From the NCBI GenBank assembly GCA_022800665.1, contig JAAWQS010000005.1, forward strand, positions 109 through 64,108: a DNA stretch of 64,000 nt. The letters are read 5' to 3'. Positions 25,824-35,929 of the stretch are shown here, piece after piece. Position 1 is the stretch's first letter, and each line of letters starts with the position of its first letter. Under the pieces are notes generated by a model. It ran no database searches. It saw nothing but the letters and a program-made list of their open reading frames with translations, and was not told the DNA's origin. Position numbers and translations under genes: made by a program. Source of the stretch: Oscillospiraceae bacterium (GTDB taxonomy: Bacteria > Bacillota > Clostridia > Oscillospirales > Oscillospiraceae).

Positions 25824-27974
25824 TCACTGGGCCTGCTTCATGGACAGCGCAATCCGTTTTTTCTTTTCATCCACCTCCAGCACCGCCACCTTGACCACAT
25901 CTCCTACGGAAACGGCCTCGGAGGGGTGCTTGAGAAATTTTTTGGAAATCTGGGAGATATGGACCAGGCCGTCCTGATGGACGCCGATGTCCACAAACAC
26001 GCCGAAGTCAATCACATTGCGCACCGTGCCGGTCAGGGTCATCCCCGGCTGCAAATCCTTCAGCTCCAGGATATCCGTGCGGAGAACCGGCGGCGGCAGT
26101 TCGTCTCTGGGGTCGCGGCCCGGCTTTTGCAGTTCCTTTGCCACATCCAGCAGCGTGGGTACGCCGACGCCGCAGGCGGCAGCCAGTTCCTCCGCCCCGG
26201 CGGACTGAATCTGCCGGTCCAATCCGCCGAGCTTCCGTCCCGCCACGTCCTCCATGGTGTGGCCGGTCAGCTCCAGCAGCTTCTGGGCCGCGGCGTAGCT
26301 CTCCGGGTGGACGGCGGTATTGTCCAATACGGTCTTGCTCTCCGGGACCCGCAGGAAGCCGGCGCACTGTTCAAACGCCTTTGGCCCCAGCTTGGGGACC
26401 TTCAAAATCTGCTTGCGGGAGGTAAACATACCGTTTTCCTCCCGGTATTTGACCACATTCTTTGCGGTCGTGGCATTCAGCCCCGACACCCGCTGGAGCA
26501 GGGACGGGGAGGCGGTGTTGATATCCACCCCCACGGAGTTGACGCAGTCCTCCACCACGCCGCTGAGGGTCTCATCCAGCCGCTTTTGGGGCATATCGTG
26601 CTGGTACTGCCCCACCCCAATGGCCTTGGGGTCGATTTTCACCAGCTCTGCCAGGGGGTCCTGGAGCCGCCGGGCGATGGATACGGCAGAGCGCAGATTT
26701 ACGTCGAACTGGGGGAACTCCTCCGCCGCCAGCTTGGACGCGGAGTAGACCGACGCCCCGGCCTCGCTGACAATCATATAGCTGACGCCGCCGGTCTCCC
26801 GCAGCAGCTCCACCGTCATCTGCTCGGTTTCGCGGGAGGCGGTGCCGTTGCCGATGGCGATGTGGGTGACATTGTGCTGCCGGATGAGCTTGGCGAGCTC
26901 CGCAATGCACGCCTGTTTCTGCCGCTCGCCGTGGGTGGGATAGACCACCGTGGTGTCCAGGACCTTGCCGGTGCCGTCCACCACCGCCACCTTGCAGCCC
27001 ATGCGGTAGCCGGGGTCCAGGCCCATGGTCACGTGGCCCTTGACCGGCGGCTGCATCAGCAGGGGACGCAGGTTCAGGGCAAAATTATGGATAGCACCCT
27101 CTCCCGCCTCCTCGGTGAGATGATTCCGGATTTCCCGCTCCAGGGAGGGGTATAACAGCCGGTCATAGGCGTCCTCCACAGCGGCTTTCATAAAGTCCAT
27201 GGCCTTCGAGCCGGGACGCACCACAGCCCGGCGCAGCAGGACCAGCGCGGCGTCCCGGTCCGTGACCACGGAGACCTTCAAAAACGCCTCCCGCTCCCCC
27301 CGGTTGACGGCCAGAATCTGGTGGCCCTGCAGCTTGGCCACCGGACGCTGGAACTCGTAGTACAGCCGGTAGACGCTGTCCTCGTCCTTGGCGGCGGAGG
27401 TCTCCAGCACGCTCTGGCGCAGCATGAATTCCCGCAGGGCCTTGCGGACCGCCGCGTTGTCGGAGATCTCCTCGGCAATAATATCGTTTGCTCCCTGGAG
27501 GGCGTCCTCCGCCGTCTCCACGCCCTTCTCCGGGTCCACGTACGCCGCTGCGGCCTCCAGCGGCGCGGGGCAGTCCTTCCCCTGGGCGGACAGCAGCGCG
27601 GCCAGCGGCTCCAGCCCCTTCTCACGGGCTGCCGTCGCACGGGTGCGGCGTTTGGGCTTGTAGGGACGGTACAGGTCCTCCACCTCCGCCAGCGTAACGG
27701 CGGCGTCAATGGCGGCGGACAGCTCCTCCGTCAGCTTCCCCTGGCTCTCAACCGCACTCTTGACTTCCTCCCGGCGTTTTTCCAGGTTCCGCAGATATTG
27801 CAGGCGGTCCTCCAGCGTCCGCAGGACCGTGTCGTCCATGGAGCCGTGCAGCTCCTTCCGGTAGCGGGCGATAAAGGGGATGGTACTGCCCCCGTCCAGC
27901 AGGTCAATGACATTTTGTACGTGGGCCTCTGTCTGACCCAGCTCCTGGGCCAGAATTTGGGTGATGGTTTCCAT
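25824..27974 (-). CDS. tex: Tex-like transcription accessory protein (YqgF/RuvC-like, HhH and C-terminal S1 domains)
   Basis: N-terminal TIPFIARYRKE motif, a GxDPG YqgF region, and a C-terminal S1 domain (GTVRNVIDFGVFVDIG). Confidence 0.93.
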   Translation of the reverse strand: METITQILAQELGQTEAHVQNVIDLLDGGSTIPFIARYRKELHGSMDDTVLRTLEDRLQYLRNLEKRREEVKSAVESQGKLTEELSAAIDAAVTLAEVEDLYRPYKPKRRTRATAAREKGLEPLAALLSAQGKDCPAPLEAAAAYVDPEKGVETAEDALQGANDIIAEEISDNAAVRKALREFMLRQSVLETSAAKDEDSVYRLYYEFQRPVAKLQGHQILAVNRGEREAFLKVSVVTDRDAALVLLRRAVVRPGSKAMDFMKAAVEDAYDRLLYPSLEREIRNHLTEEAGEGAIHNFALNLRPLLMQPPVKGHVTMGLDPGYRMGCKVAVVDGTGKVLDTTVVYPTHGERQKQACIAELAKLIRQHNVTHIAIGNGTASRETEQMTVELLRETGGVSYMIVSEAGASVYSASKLAAEEFPQFDVNLRSAVSIARRLQDPLAELVKIDPKAIGVGQYQHDMPQKRLDETLSGVVEDCVNSVGVDINTASPSLLQRVSGLNATTAKNVVKYREENGMFTSRKQILKVPKLGPKAFEQCAGFLRVPESKTVLDNTAVHPESYAAAQKLLELTGHTMEDVAGRKLGGLDRQIQSAGAEELAAACGVGVPTLLDVAKELQKPGRDPRDELPPPVLRTDILELKDLQPGMTLTGTVRNVIDFGVFVDIGVHQDGLVHISQISKKFLKHPSEAVSVGDVVKVAVLEVDEKKKRIALSMKQAQ

Positions 27975-27987
27975 AGGGGTCCTTTCT

Positions 27988-28509
27988 TCACTCGTTGCAG
28001 ATGGTGATTTGACACATTTTCATGGCGTTCAGGGCGTTCCGGTGGCTCTCAGGCGTCACCCCCGCGCAACAGGCGGCGTCCACCAAGATGGGGACCTCCG
28101 GCAGAAACGCCTTGAGCAGCAGCGCGTTGGAGATGACGCAGATATCGGTACACAGCCCCACCAGCTCGATTCCCTCCAGCGGCTCTTCCATACGCGCCAG
28201 CGTCTCCGCCAGCTCCCGGCTGCCGAAGGTGGGCTTCGTCAGGCACACCGCCTTCCCCCCCAACGCCCCGCGTACAGCCGGTGCGATTTCCCAGCCGTGC
28301 GTGTCCTTGGTGCAGTGCGTCACCGGGAGAGCCTGTCCCTCCCTGGTTTGCAGGTAATTCTCCAAATGGGTGTCCTGGGTGGCGTAGACGGGCCCCTCCC
28401 AGGCGCGGATTTTCTCCGCAACGCGGGGAACAATCTCCACAGCCTCCGGCGTTCCAAGAGAGCCGTCGATAAAATCGTTCTGCATATCAATAACAACCAG
28501 CGCTTTCAT
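27988..28509 (-). CDS. isochorismatase-family cysteine hydrolase, nicotinamidase (PncA)-like
   Basis: LVVIDMQNDF N-terminus, a THC motif, and catalytic Cys in GLCTDICV. Confidence 0.8.
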   Translation of the reverse strand: MKALVVIDMQNDFIDGSLGTPEAVEIVPRVAEKIRAWEGPVYATQDTHLENYLQTREGQALPVTHCTKDTHGWEIAPAVRGALGGKAVCLTKPTFGSRELAETLARMEEPLEGIELVGLCTDICVISNALLLKAFLPEVPILVDAACCAGVTPESHRNALNAMKMCQITICNE

Positions 28510-28523
28510 AGCTTCCTCCCCCT

Positions 28524-30008
28524 TTACCGGTAGTACAATCTCCGCCGCTCATACTTGGCCTCGCAGCTGACGTGCATCCCCAGGCGGCGGTAAAGCTTCT
28601 CGTCCACCGCGCTGAGCACGACTGTAAAATGCGCGCCGCAGCCCTTCAGCTTCTCCAGCTGCCTTTGGGCCATGGCTGCAATGGGATTGGTCAGCGCACT
28701 GACGCACAGGGCGATAAGCACCTCGTCGCTGTGGAGGCGGGGGTTCTTGTTGCCCAGATTCCCCGTCTTCAGGCGGCAGATCGGCTCCAGCACCTGGTTG
28801 GAGATCAAATCCAAATCCTGGTCAATCCCCCCCAGAGCCTTTAGAGCGTTCAGCAGCAGCGCGGCGGACGCCCCCAGCAGGTCGCTGGTCTTGCCCGTGA
28901 TAACTCTGCCGTCCGGCAGAACCAGCGCACCGGCAGGCGCGCCGGTGGCCTCCTCCTTTGCCAGAGAAGCGGCCACAGCGGGAAAGATGGCGGGCGTGAC
29001 CCCGGCCTGCTTCATCAGCAGCTCCAGCTTATATACAATCTCATCGTCCACCGTCCCCCGCAGCCGTCCGGTGAGGGCGGCATAGTACCGGCGCAGAATC
29101 TCCATATGGGACGCCTCCCGGCACACCTCGTCGTCCACAATGCAGCTGCCCGCCATATTCACCCCCATATCCGTGGGGGACTTATAGGGACACTCGCCCA
29201 GAATCGACTCAAAAATGGTGCGCAAGACGGGGAAGACCTCCACATCCCGGTTGTAGTTGACCGTAGTCGCGCCGTAAGCCTCCAGGTGGAAGGGGTCGAT
29301 CATGTTCACGTCGTTCAGGTCCGCCGTGGCGGCCTCATAAGCCAGATTGACCGGATGCTTCAGCGGCAGATTCCAGATGGGAAAGGTCTCAAACTTCGCA
29401 TAGCCCGCTTTCCGGCCCCGCTTGTGCTCATGGTAGAGCTGGCTGAGGCATGCTGCCATCTTGCCGCTGCCGGGTCCGGGCGCCGTCACCACCACCAGGG
29501 GACGGCTGGTTTCGATGTAGTCGTTGCGGCCATAGCCCTGGTCGCTGACGATGACGTCCACCTTGTGGGGATAGCCGGGGATGGGGTAGTGGAGATATGC
29601 CTTGACCCCCAGGGCATTGAGCCGCTTGAGAAAGGCGTCCGCAGCGGGCTGGCCGCTGTAGCGGGTGATGACCACGCTGCCCACATACAAGTCCATGCCC
29701 TGGAAAATATCAATCAGCCGGAGCACGTCCTCGTCGTAGGAAATGCCCAAATCGCCCCGGACCTTATTCTTCTCAATATCCCCGGCGCAGATGGTCACGA
29801 CAATCTCCACGTCATCCCGCAGCTGCTGGAGCATGCGGATTTTGCTGTCCGGCTCAAAGCCCGGCAGGACCCTGGAGGCGTGGAAGTCATCGAAGAGCTT
29901 CCCGCCGAATTCCAGGTACAGCTTCCCGCCGAACTGGCCGATCCGCTCCCGGATGCGGGCGGACTGGGTCTCAATGTACTGCTGGTTATCAAATCCGATT
30001 TTTGCCAT
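28524..30008 (-). CDS. DUF1846 (UPF0371) family protein
   Basis: N-terminal GFDNQQYIETQSARIRERI...YLEFGGKLFDDFHASRVLPGF matches my recollection of DUF1846. Confidence 0.8.
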   Translation of the reverse strand: MAKIGFDNQQYIETQSARIRERIGQFGGKLYLEFGGKLFDDFHASRVLPGFEPDSKIRMLQQLRDDVEIVVTICAGDIEKNKVRGDLGISYDEDVLRLIDIFQGMDLYVGSVVITRYSGQPAADAFLKRLNALGVKAYLHYPIPGYPHKVDVIVSDQGYGRNDYIETSRPLVVVTAPGPGSGKMAACLSQLYHEHKRGRKAGYAKFETFPIWNLPLKHPVNLAYEAATADLNDVNMIDPFHLEAYGATTVNYNRDVEVFPVLRTIFESILGECPYKSPTDMGVNMAGSCIVDDEVCREASHMEILRRYYAALTGRLRGTVDDEIVYKLELLMKQAGVTPAIFPAVAASLAKEEATGAPAGALVLPDGRVITGKTSDLLGASAALLLNALKALGGIDQDLDLISNQVLEPICRLKTGNLGNKNPRLHSDEVLIALCVSALTNPIAAMAQRQLEKLKGCGAHFTVVLSAVDEKLYRRLGMHVSCEAKYERRRLYYR

Positions 30009-30033
30009 ACTCTCTCCCTCCTCTGTCCGGGCT

Positions 30034-30534
30034 TCAGGACCGGCCTGGAAGGACCAGGTCCGTATGCTCGCAGATCCGCTGAATTTCCCGCTGCAGCTCC
30101 TTCAGGTCGTCAAATGTCTCCGGCCTCTTCCGGGGGTCCCGCAGGAGGGCGGAGGGGTGGTACAGGGCAATCGTACGCATTCCGTTTACATCATACCAGT
30201 GTCCGTGGTCCTTTGTAATGCGGAATTTGGCGTCTATGAACCGCATAGCGGCAATCCGGCCCAGACAGACAAAAATTTTGGGCTGAACCAGGGCGATCTG
30301 GCGGTGCAGATAGCCGATGCAGGCGTCCTGCTCCACGTTCAGCGGGTCCCGGTTCTCCGGCGGACGGCACTTGACAATATTGGCAATGTATACCTTGGTG
30401 CGGTCCAGACCAATCATTGCCAGCATGTCGTCCAGGAATTTGCCCGCCCGGCCCACGAAGGGAATCCCCTGCTCGTCCTCACTGGCCCCAGGACCCTCGC
30501 CCACCAGCATGATTTCCGCCTGCCGGTTTCCCAC
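30034..30534 (-). CDS. uracil-DNA glycosylase, family 4 (Fe-S type). The true N-terminus probably extends to about 30624.
   Basis: GEGPGxxED and PFVGRAG motifs, plus NIVKCRPP. Conserved Cys ligands (HCRECSLC) are encoded in-frame upstream of the first canonical start (see findings). Confidence 0.85.
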   Translation of the reverse strand: MGNRQAEIMLVGEGPGASEDEQGIPFVGRAGKFLDDMLAMIGLDRTKVYIANIVKCRPPENRDPLNVEQDACIGYLHRQIALVQPKIFVCLGRIAAMRFIDAKFRITKDHGHWYDVNGMRTIALYHPSALLRDPRKRPETFDDLKELQREIQRICEHTDLVLPGRS

Positions 30535-30697
30535 GCCAAAGACGACGCTGTGCCTGGTCTGGCACAGCGAGCATTCCCGGCAGTGTTCGCACGCGCATTG
30601 CAGCGCTTCCCATGTATCCTTGATAACGCATCACTCCTTGTATAATCTCTCCGGGGACGGGGATGCTACCTGTATTCACAGATAAAGGAGCAGCCCC

Positions 30698-31258
30698 ATG
30701 TCCCAATGGTTTTTGTATTTCGTCTTCTACAGTCTGGGGGGCTATGGCCTGGAAAAAGCCTTTGCCCGCGCCACCCGCGCCCCTAAACAGGTGCGCAAGT
30801 GCTTTCTGCTTCTGCCCCTCTGCCCCGTCTACGGTCTGGCAATGACTGCGCTGCTGGCCGCCGCGCCGCCGGAGCTGGGCTTTGCGGGACTGATCCTGCT
30901 GGGGGGCGCGGTCTGCACTGCCGTGGAGTATGCCGTCCATCTCTTCTACGACAGCGCGTTCCGCGTCCGGTTCTGGGACTACCGCCCCCTGCGCTGGCAT
31001 ATCCAGGGCCGGGTCTGCCCCCAGTTTTCCCTGGTCTGGGGCCTGCTGTCGGCGTTGGCTGTCCGGTGGGTGCATCCCGCTATAGCGGCGGCGGCGGACC
31101 GCGTCCCGGCCTGGGCGGTATTTTTGATATGGATGACGCTAGCGGCGGACTGCGTGTTCACTGCCGCCCTGCTGCTGCGCCGCCGGGACCCGGAGCTGCT
31201 GGCCATTCCGGCGGTTTGGGCTCAGGTCCGGGCGTCCAGCCAGTCCAGCACGTCCTGA
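30698..31258 (+). CDS. polytopic membrane protein (putative ABC-transporter type IV / PF06541-like)
   Basis: FVFYSLGGYGLE N-terminus, several TM helices, AAAGGAG SD. Confidence 0.6.
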   Translation: MSQWFLYFVFYSLGGYGLEKAFARATRAPKQVRKCFLLLPLCPVYGLAMTALLAAAPPELGFAGLILLGGAVCTAVEYAVHLFYDSAFRVRFWDYRPLRWHIQGRVCPQFSLVWGLLSALAVRWVHPAIAAAADRVPAWAVFLIWMTLAADCVFTAALLLRRRDPELLAIPAVWAQVRASSQSSTS

Positions 31259-32154
31259 TAGACGTATTGGCGGGTGGCCTCGTTGAGAATCTCATGGCGT
31301 AGGCCGTGGTAGAGCTTGATGCCCACATCCCGGACGCCCGCCTTCCGGAAACAGGCGCAGGCTTTCTGCACCCCTTTGCCCATGTCGCCCACCGGGTCCT
31401 GGTCTCCGGCGATAAAAAAGACCGGCGTCTCCTTGTCCATTTTTTCCATGTTGGACTGTCTGGTAATGTAGGTCAGGCCGTCCAGCATGTCCCGGAACAG
31501 GCCCAAGGTCACATCCCCGCCGCAAAGGGGATCGGCGATATAGGCGTCCACGTTTTCCTGGCTGACGGATACCCAGTCGTGCTTGGTGCGGACGGGGGCG
31601 AAGCGGCGGTTATACGCGCCGAAGGCGATGTCGTCCACCCGGACGCTGAAGGCATTTTTCCCCAGACGGCGGATCTCCTTGTCCGTCAGCAGTTTACCGC
31701 CGGCGATCACGGCCCGCGAGGGGTGGCCGGTGCCGCAGAGAATACAGCCGTCCCATGCGCCGGGGTAGCGGATGAGGTGGGTCCGGGACAGAAAGGAGCC
31801 CATGGAGTGGCCGAACAGAAAATGGGGCTGATCCGGGAAGACCTTGGCGGTACGGCTGCGCAGTTCCTCCATATCGTCCACCACATGCCACCAGCCGTCC
31901 TCCGCCCCCAGGTACACCATAGGCGCGCCCTCGATGCGGGACTGACCGTGGCCCAGGTGGTCGTTGGCTGTGACCGCAAAGCCGTGTTTACATAGAAACC
32001 GTGCAAAGGGTTCGTAGCGTCTTCCGTACTCCGCCACGCCGTGGGCAATCTGGACCACGCCCCTGACTGTACGGCCCACAGGGGTCCACTGGTTGACATG
32101 AATCAAGGTACTGCCGTCGCTGGATGGGAAGAAATACTCGGATATGATCTCCAT
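31222..32154 (-). CDS. alpha/beta-hydrolase, lysophospholipase / monoacylglycerol lipase-like
   Basis: HGVAEY..., a GHSMGS nucleophile elbow, and a C-terminal H in GLRHEI. I prefer the ATG at 32154 (GGAGG SD) over 32244. Confidence 0.85.
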   Translation of the reverse strand: MEIISEYFFPSSDGSTLIHVNQWTPVGRTVRGVVQIAHGVAEYGRRYEPFARFLCKHGFAVTANDHLGHGQSRIEGAPMVYLGAEDGWWHVVDDMEELRSRTAKVFPDQPHFLFGHSMGSFLSRTHLIRYPGAWDGCILCGTGHPSRAVIAGGKLLTDKEIRRLGKNAFSVRVDDIAFGAYNRRFAPVRTKHDWVSVSQENVDAYIADPLCGGDVTLGLFRDMLDGLTYITRQSNMEKMDKETPVFFIAGDQDPVGDMGKGVQKACACFRKAGVRDVGIKLYHGLRHEILNEATRQYVYQDVLDWLDART

Positions 32155-32286
32155 TTGCTTCAACCTCCGCTCTCTCCTAATTGCCATTCCTGGTATTTTA
32201 ATAAATATATCATATCTGTATGGAGGAATCAAGCAGAATCGCAAAACACAAGGCAGGGGAGCGGCCCGCGCCGCTCCCCCGCTGTT

Positions 32287-33306
32287 TTACCGCCCTGCTG
32301 CCGCAAGCATATTTTCAATCAAAATTCCGTACCCCTTCTGCGGGTCGTTGACCATCACATGGGTCACAGCGCCCACCAGCTTCCCGTTCTGGAGAATTGG
32401 ACTGCCGCTCATTCCCTGCACAATGCCGCCGGTCAGCTGGATCAGCCGGGGGTCGGTCACTTGGAGCAGCAGATTCTGCACGTCCGCGCCGCCCAGCACC
32501 CGCACGATTTCAATGGAAAATTCCTCCACGCCATCGCCGCTGACGTTGGCACGGATGATTGCGGGACCTGTCTCCACCTCGCCGGACCGGGCCACAGGCA
32601 CCGGGTCCGCCTGGGTGAAGTCCTGGCTGTCAATGACGCCGAAGACCCCCCGGTCCGTGTTGGCGTACAGCTCGCCCATGTCCTGGGTCAGATTGAAGCT
32701 GCCCCGCAGTTCTCCCGGCTCTCCCGCGCCGCCGGGCTTGACGGCCTTGACGGTTGCGTCCATGACCGCTCCGTCGCCCAGGGGCATGAGCAGACCCGTA
32801 TCGGTGTCGGTGATCCCGTGTCCCAGCGCGCCGAAGGCGCCTGTCGCGGGGTCATAAAACGTAATGGTACCGATACCGGCCATGCTGTCCCGAATCCACG
32901 CGCCCAGGCGGTAGGTGCCGTCGCCGCCCAGGACGGGCATGGCTTCCAGCGTCAGGTCCCGGCCATTGCGGGATACGCCCAGGGCTACCGCGCCGCCGCT
33001 CTGGATGAGCTGGGCAAACTGCTCGGAGCTCTCCACCGTCTGTCCGTTGGCCTCCTCGATCACGTCGCCTACCTGTAAGCCGCAGTCCATGCCGGGCGTA
33101 GACACGCCCCCTGCCGTGTCCACCTCCGCCAGTCCGATGACGATTACGCCCTCGGAAAACAGCTTAATGCCGATGGTATGGCCCACGGGAACCAGGGTGT
33201 CCGTCTCAAGCGCGGCGGCTGTTTTCTGCAGGCCCGCCAGAGCGGACAAGCAGAAAACGCCGCTGAGGATAAAAGCCGGGAAATTCCATTTTTTCTGTTT
33301 CCGCAT
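32287..33306 (-). CDS. spoIVB: SpoIVB peptidase (S55) with PDZ domain
   Basis: PDZ segment (GLQVGDVIEEANGQ), S55 core (GIGTITFYDP...GALGH), and catalytic GMSGSP. I prefer the ATG at 33306. Confidence 0.9.
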   Translation of the reverse strand: MRKQKKWNFPAFILSGVFCLSALAGLQKTAAALETDTLVPVGHTIGIKLFSEGVIVIGLAEVDTAGGVSTPGMDCGLQVGDVIEEANGQTVESSEQFAQLIQSGGAVALGVSRNGRDLTLEAMPVLGGDGTYRLGAWIRDSMAGIGTITFYDPATGAFGALGHGITDTDTGLLMPLGDGAVMDATVKAVKPGGAGEPGELRGSFNLTQDMGELYANTDRGVFGVIDSQDFTQADPVPVARSGEVETGPAIIRANVSGDGVEEFSIEIVRVLGGADVQNLLLQVTDPRLIQLTGGIVQGMSGSPILQNGKLVGAVTHVMVNDPQKGYGILIENMLAAAGR

Positions 33307-33460
33307 CCATTTTCTCACCTCTCTCCCATCATCAACCAGCGCAAATTTCTTTCTCTGTGCGCCAAATCTACTTTGCGCCGCACGCGGCGGATTACGCGCC
33401 CCGAGCATTTGTAAAATACGGCTGTTTTGACATGGGATAAAAGGGAAATCCTCTGTTTAT

Positions 33461-33500
33461 CTCAAAAAACAAAACACCACAGGCAAAAGTCTGTGGTGTT
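33461..33500 (-). terminator. intrinsic terminator ending the ftsZ-proximal transcript
   Basis: AACACCACAG/CTGTGGTGTT 10-bp stem followed on the minus strand by TTTTGTTTTTTGAG. Confidence 0.8.
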
Positions 33501-33544
33501 TGTCAAAAATTTATTATGATTCCAATCTGAAAAAATCTTCCGTC

Positions 33545-33782
33545 TTACGCGCTGCCATACTGCGAGCCGCACTGAGCGATTGAGCGGCTGAGCGCGGCTT
33601 GGTCTGCTTCGCTCCAAAAGAGATCTGCTGCAATTTCAAAGGGGATTCGCTGCTCCCGCACCATTGCCTTTGCAAACAGATTTATCGCTACAGAAGCATT
33701 CATCCCCACCTCCGCGCAAAAATCGTCAAACTGACCGTTTTAATTTTGCGTCCATACGAACGCTCAGCGCTGCCTGATTCAT
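33545..33782 (-). pseudogene. RelB/DinJ-family antitoxin-like gene disrupted by a +1 frameshift
   Basis: ATG at 33782 with GGGAGGA SD gives MNQAALSVRMDAKLKR, then a premature TGA at 33728-33726. Shifting one base at about 33734 continues QFDDFCAEVGMNASVAINLFAKAMVREQRIPFEI... to a TAA at 33547-33545. The span is 238 nt, which is not a multiple of 3. Confidence 0.7.
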
Positions 33783-33822
33783 ACAGCATCCTCCCTTATA
33801 CGGCTTCCCCGTATAAAAATCC

Positions 33823-34944
<1,122 letters not shown>

Positions 34945-35043
34945 AGTGGAATCCTCCTACCACAATTTATCATCTTAAGTCTTATGTCATATGTCATCCG
35001 TACCGCCGCGCCGTCCGGAGAGACGTACGGTCTTTTTCTTTCT

Positions 35044-35072
35044 ATTGTATGCTTTTTTTTCAACCAGGTCAA
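35044..35072 (-). promoter_or_regulatory. sigma-70-type promoter TTGACC-17 nt-TACAAT in the ftsQ-ftsZ gap
   Basis: Hexamers on the minus strand (-35 at 35067-35072, -10 at 35044-35049). Confidence 0.5.
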
Positions 35073-35143
35073 TAGCTGATTCCCTGTTTTTTTGAAAAAA
35101 TCAGACGCAAACAGGATAGGGCCTGCTTTTCTCAGAAAAAATC

Positions 35144-35905
35144 TCAGCCGGAACGGATAAAACGCACCTCATATTCATCCTTCATGGTCATACGAATAAT
35201 CCCAGTCTCATTGGGCTGCAGCGCCTGTACTGTCTCCTCCAGGCAGTTGAGCTTGAAATCAAAATCCGCACTGTAGTACATTTCCACCCGGAAGCGTCCG
35301 TCATAATTGATTACCAGGACATCCGGGTCCGTCAGGTCCAGATTGTCGGCGCGGGCCATCAGCTGCCGCTCTTCCAGCGCGGCCAGCAGTTCCCGCAGGC
35401 GGTCCATGGTAATGGGACTGTCCTCCAGCAGCTGGGCCTCCCGTCCGGCTGCCGGCGCGTCGGCCTCCAGGCCCGCGATGTCCAGATAGTCCTGGGCCGT
35501 CGCCTCGTCCACCGCCTCCAGCAGCTTGCCGTCCCGGCTGATGAGCCAGTAGGCCCCCGCGCCGGGCAGGGCGGCGACAGCTTTTGTCTCCATCACCTCC
35601 ACCGACAGCGTGGAGGGCAGGTTGGGATTGATTCGGGCCTCCTTGATATAGGGCAGGCCCACAAACAACTTCTGCTGGATGCTGTACCGGTCCAGCAGGA
35701 TCAGGTTGTCCCCCAGCTCCACGCCGGTGGCGGCGGCGATCTCCTCCGCCGAATAGCGGTTGTTGCCCGTGACCTCAATGGTTCCCACTTTGAAAAAGAG
35801 GGTAAGGGCCGCCACCACGGCCACTGCGGCCAGCAGTACGGACAGAGGCCGCAGCAGGCGGGCCAGCCCGCCTCTGCGCCTGCGCCGTTTTCGCTTTCTC
35901 GGCAT
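35144..35905 (-). CDS. ftsQ: cell division protein FtsQ/DivIB (POTRA domain)
   Basis: Basic N-terminus, a single TM helix, a POTRA-like IEVTGNNRYSAEEI segment, and its position in the dcw cluster. Confidence 0.85.
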   Translation of the reverse strand: MPRKRKRRRRRGGLARLLRPLSVLLAAVAVVAALTLFFKVGTIEVTGNNRYSAEEIAAATGVELGDNLILLDRYSIQQKLFVGLPYIKEARINPNLPSTLSVEVMETKAVAALPGAGAYWLISRDGKLLEAVDEATAQDYLDIAGLEADAPAAGREAQLLEDSPITMDRLRELLAALEERQLMARADNLDLTDPDVLVINYDGRFRVEMYYSADFDFKLNCLEETVQALQPNETGIIRMTMKDEYEVRFIRSG

Positions 35906-35929
35906 ACCCTCACCTCTCTCCTCTCTCTG

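Noticed and set aside
30479-31075. 198-aa minus-strand ORF overlapping the UDG start and the PF06541-like membrane protein
   Set aside because: Its translation is Arg/Gly/Ala/Gln-rich noise. Its 3' end is merely the +1 frame of the UDG N-terminal extension, and the rest is antisense to a plausible membrane protein that has a good SD.
31222-31258. 37-bp convergent overlap between the 3' ends of the membrane protein (30698-31258) and the lysophospholipase-like gene (31222-32154)
   Set aside because: Short convergent overlaps are common in compact GC-rich genomes. The overlap may also reflect a slightly over-extended C-terminus. It shows nothing structurally special.
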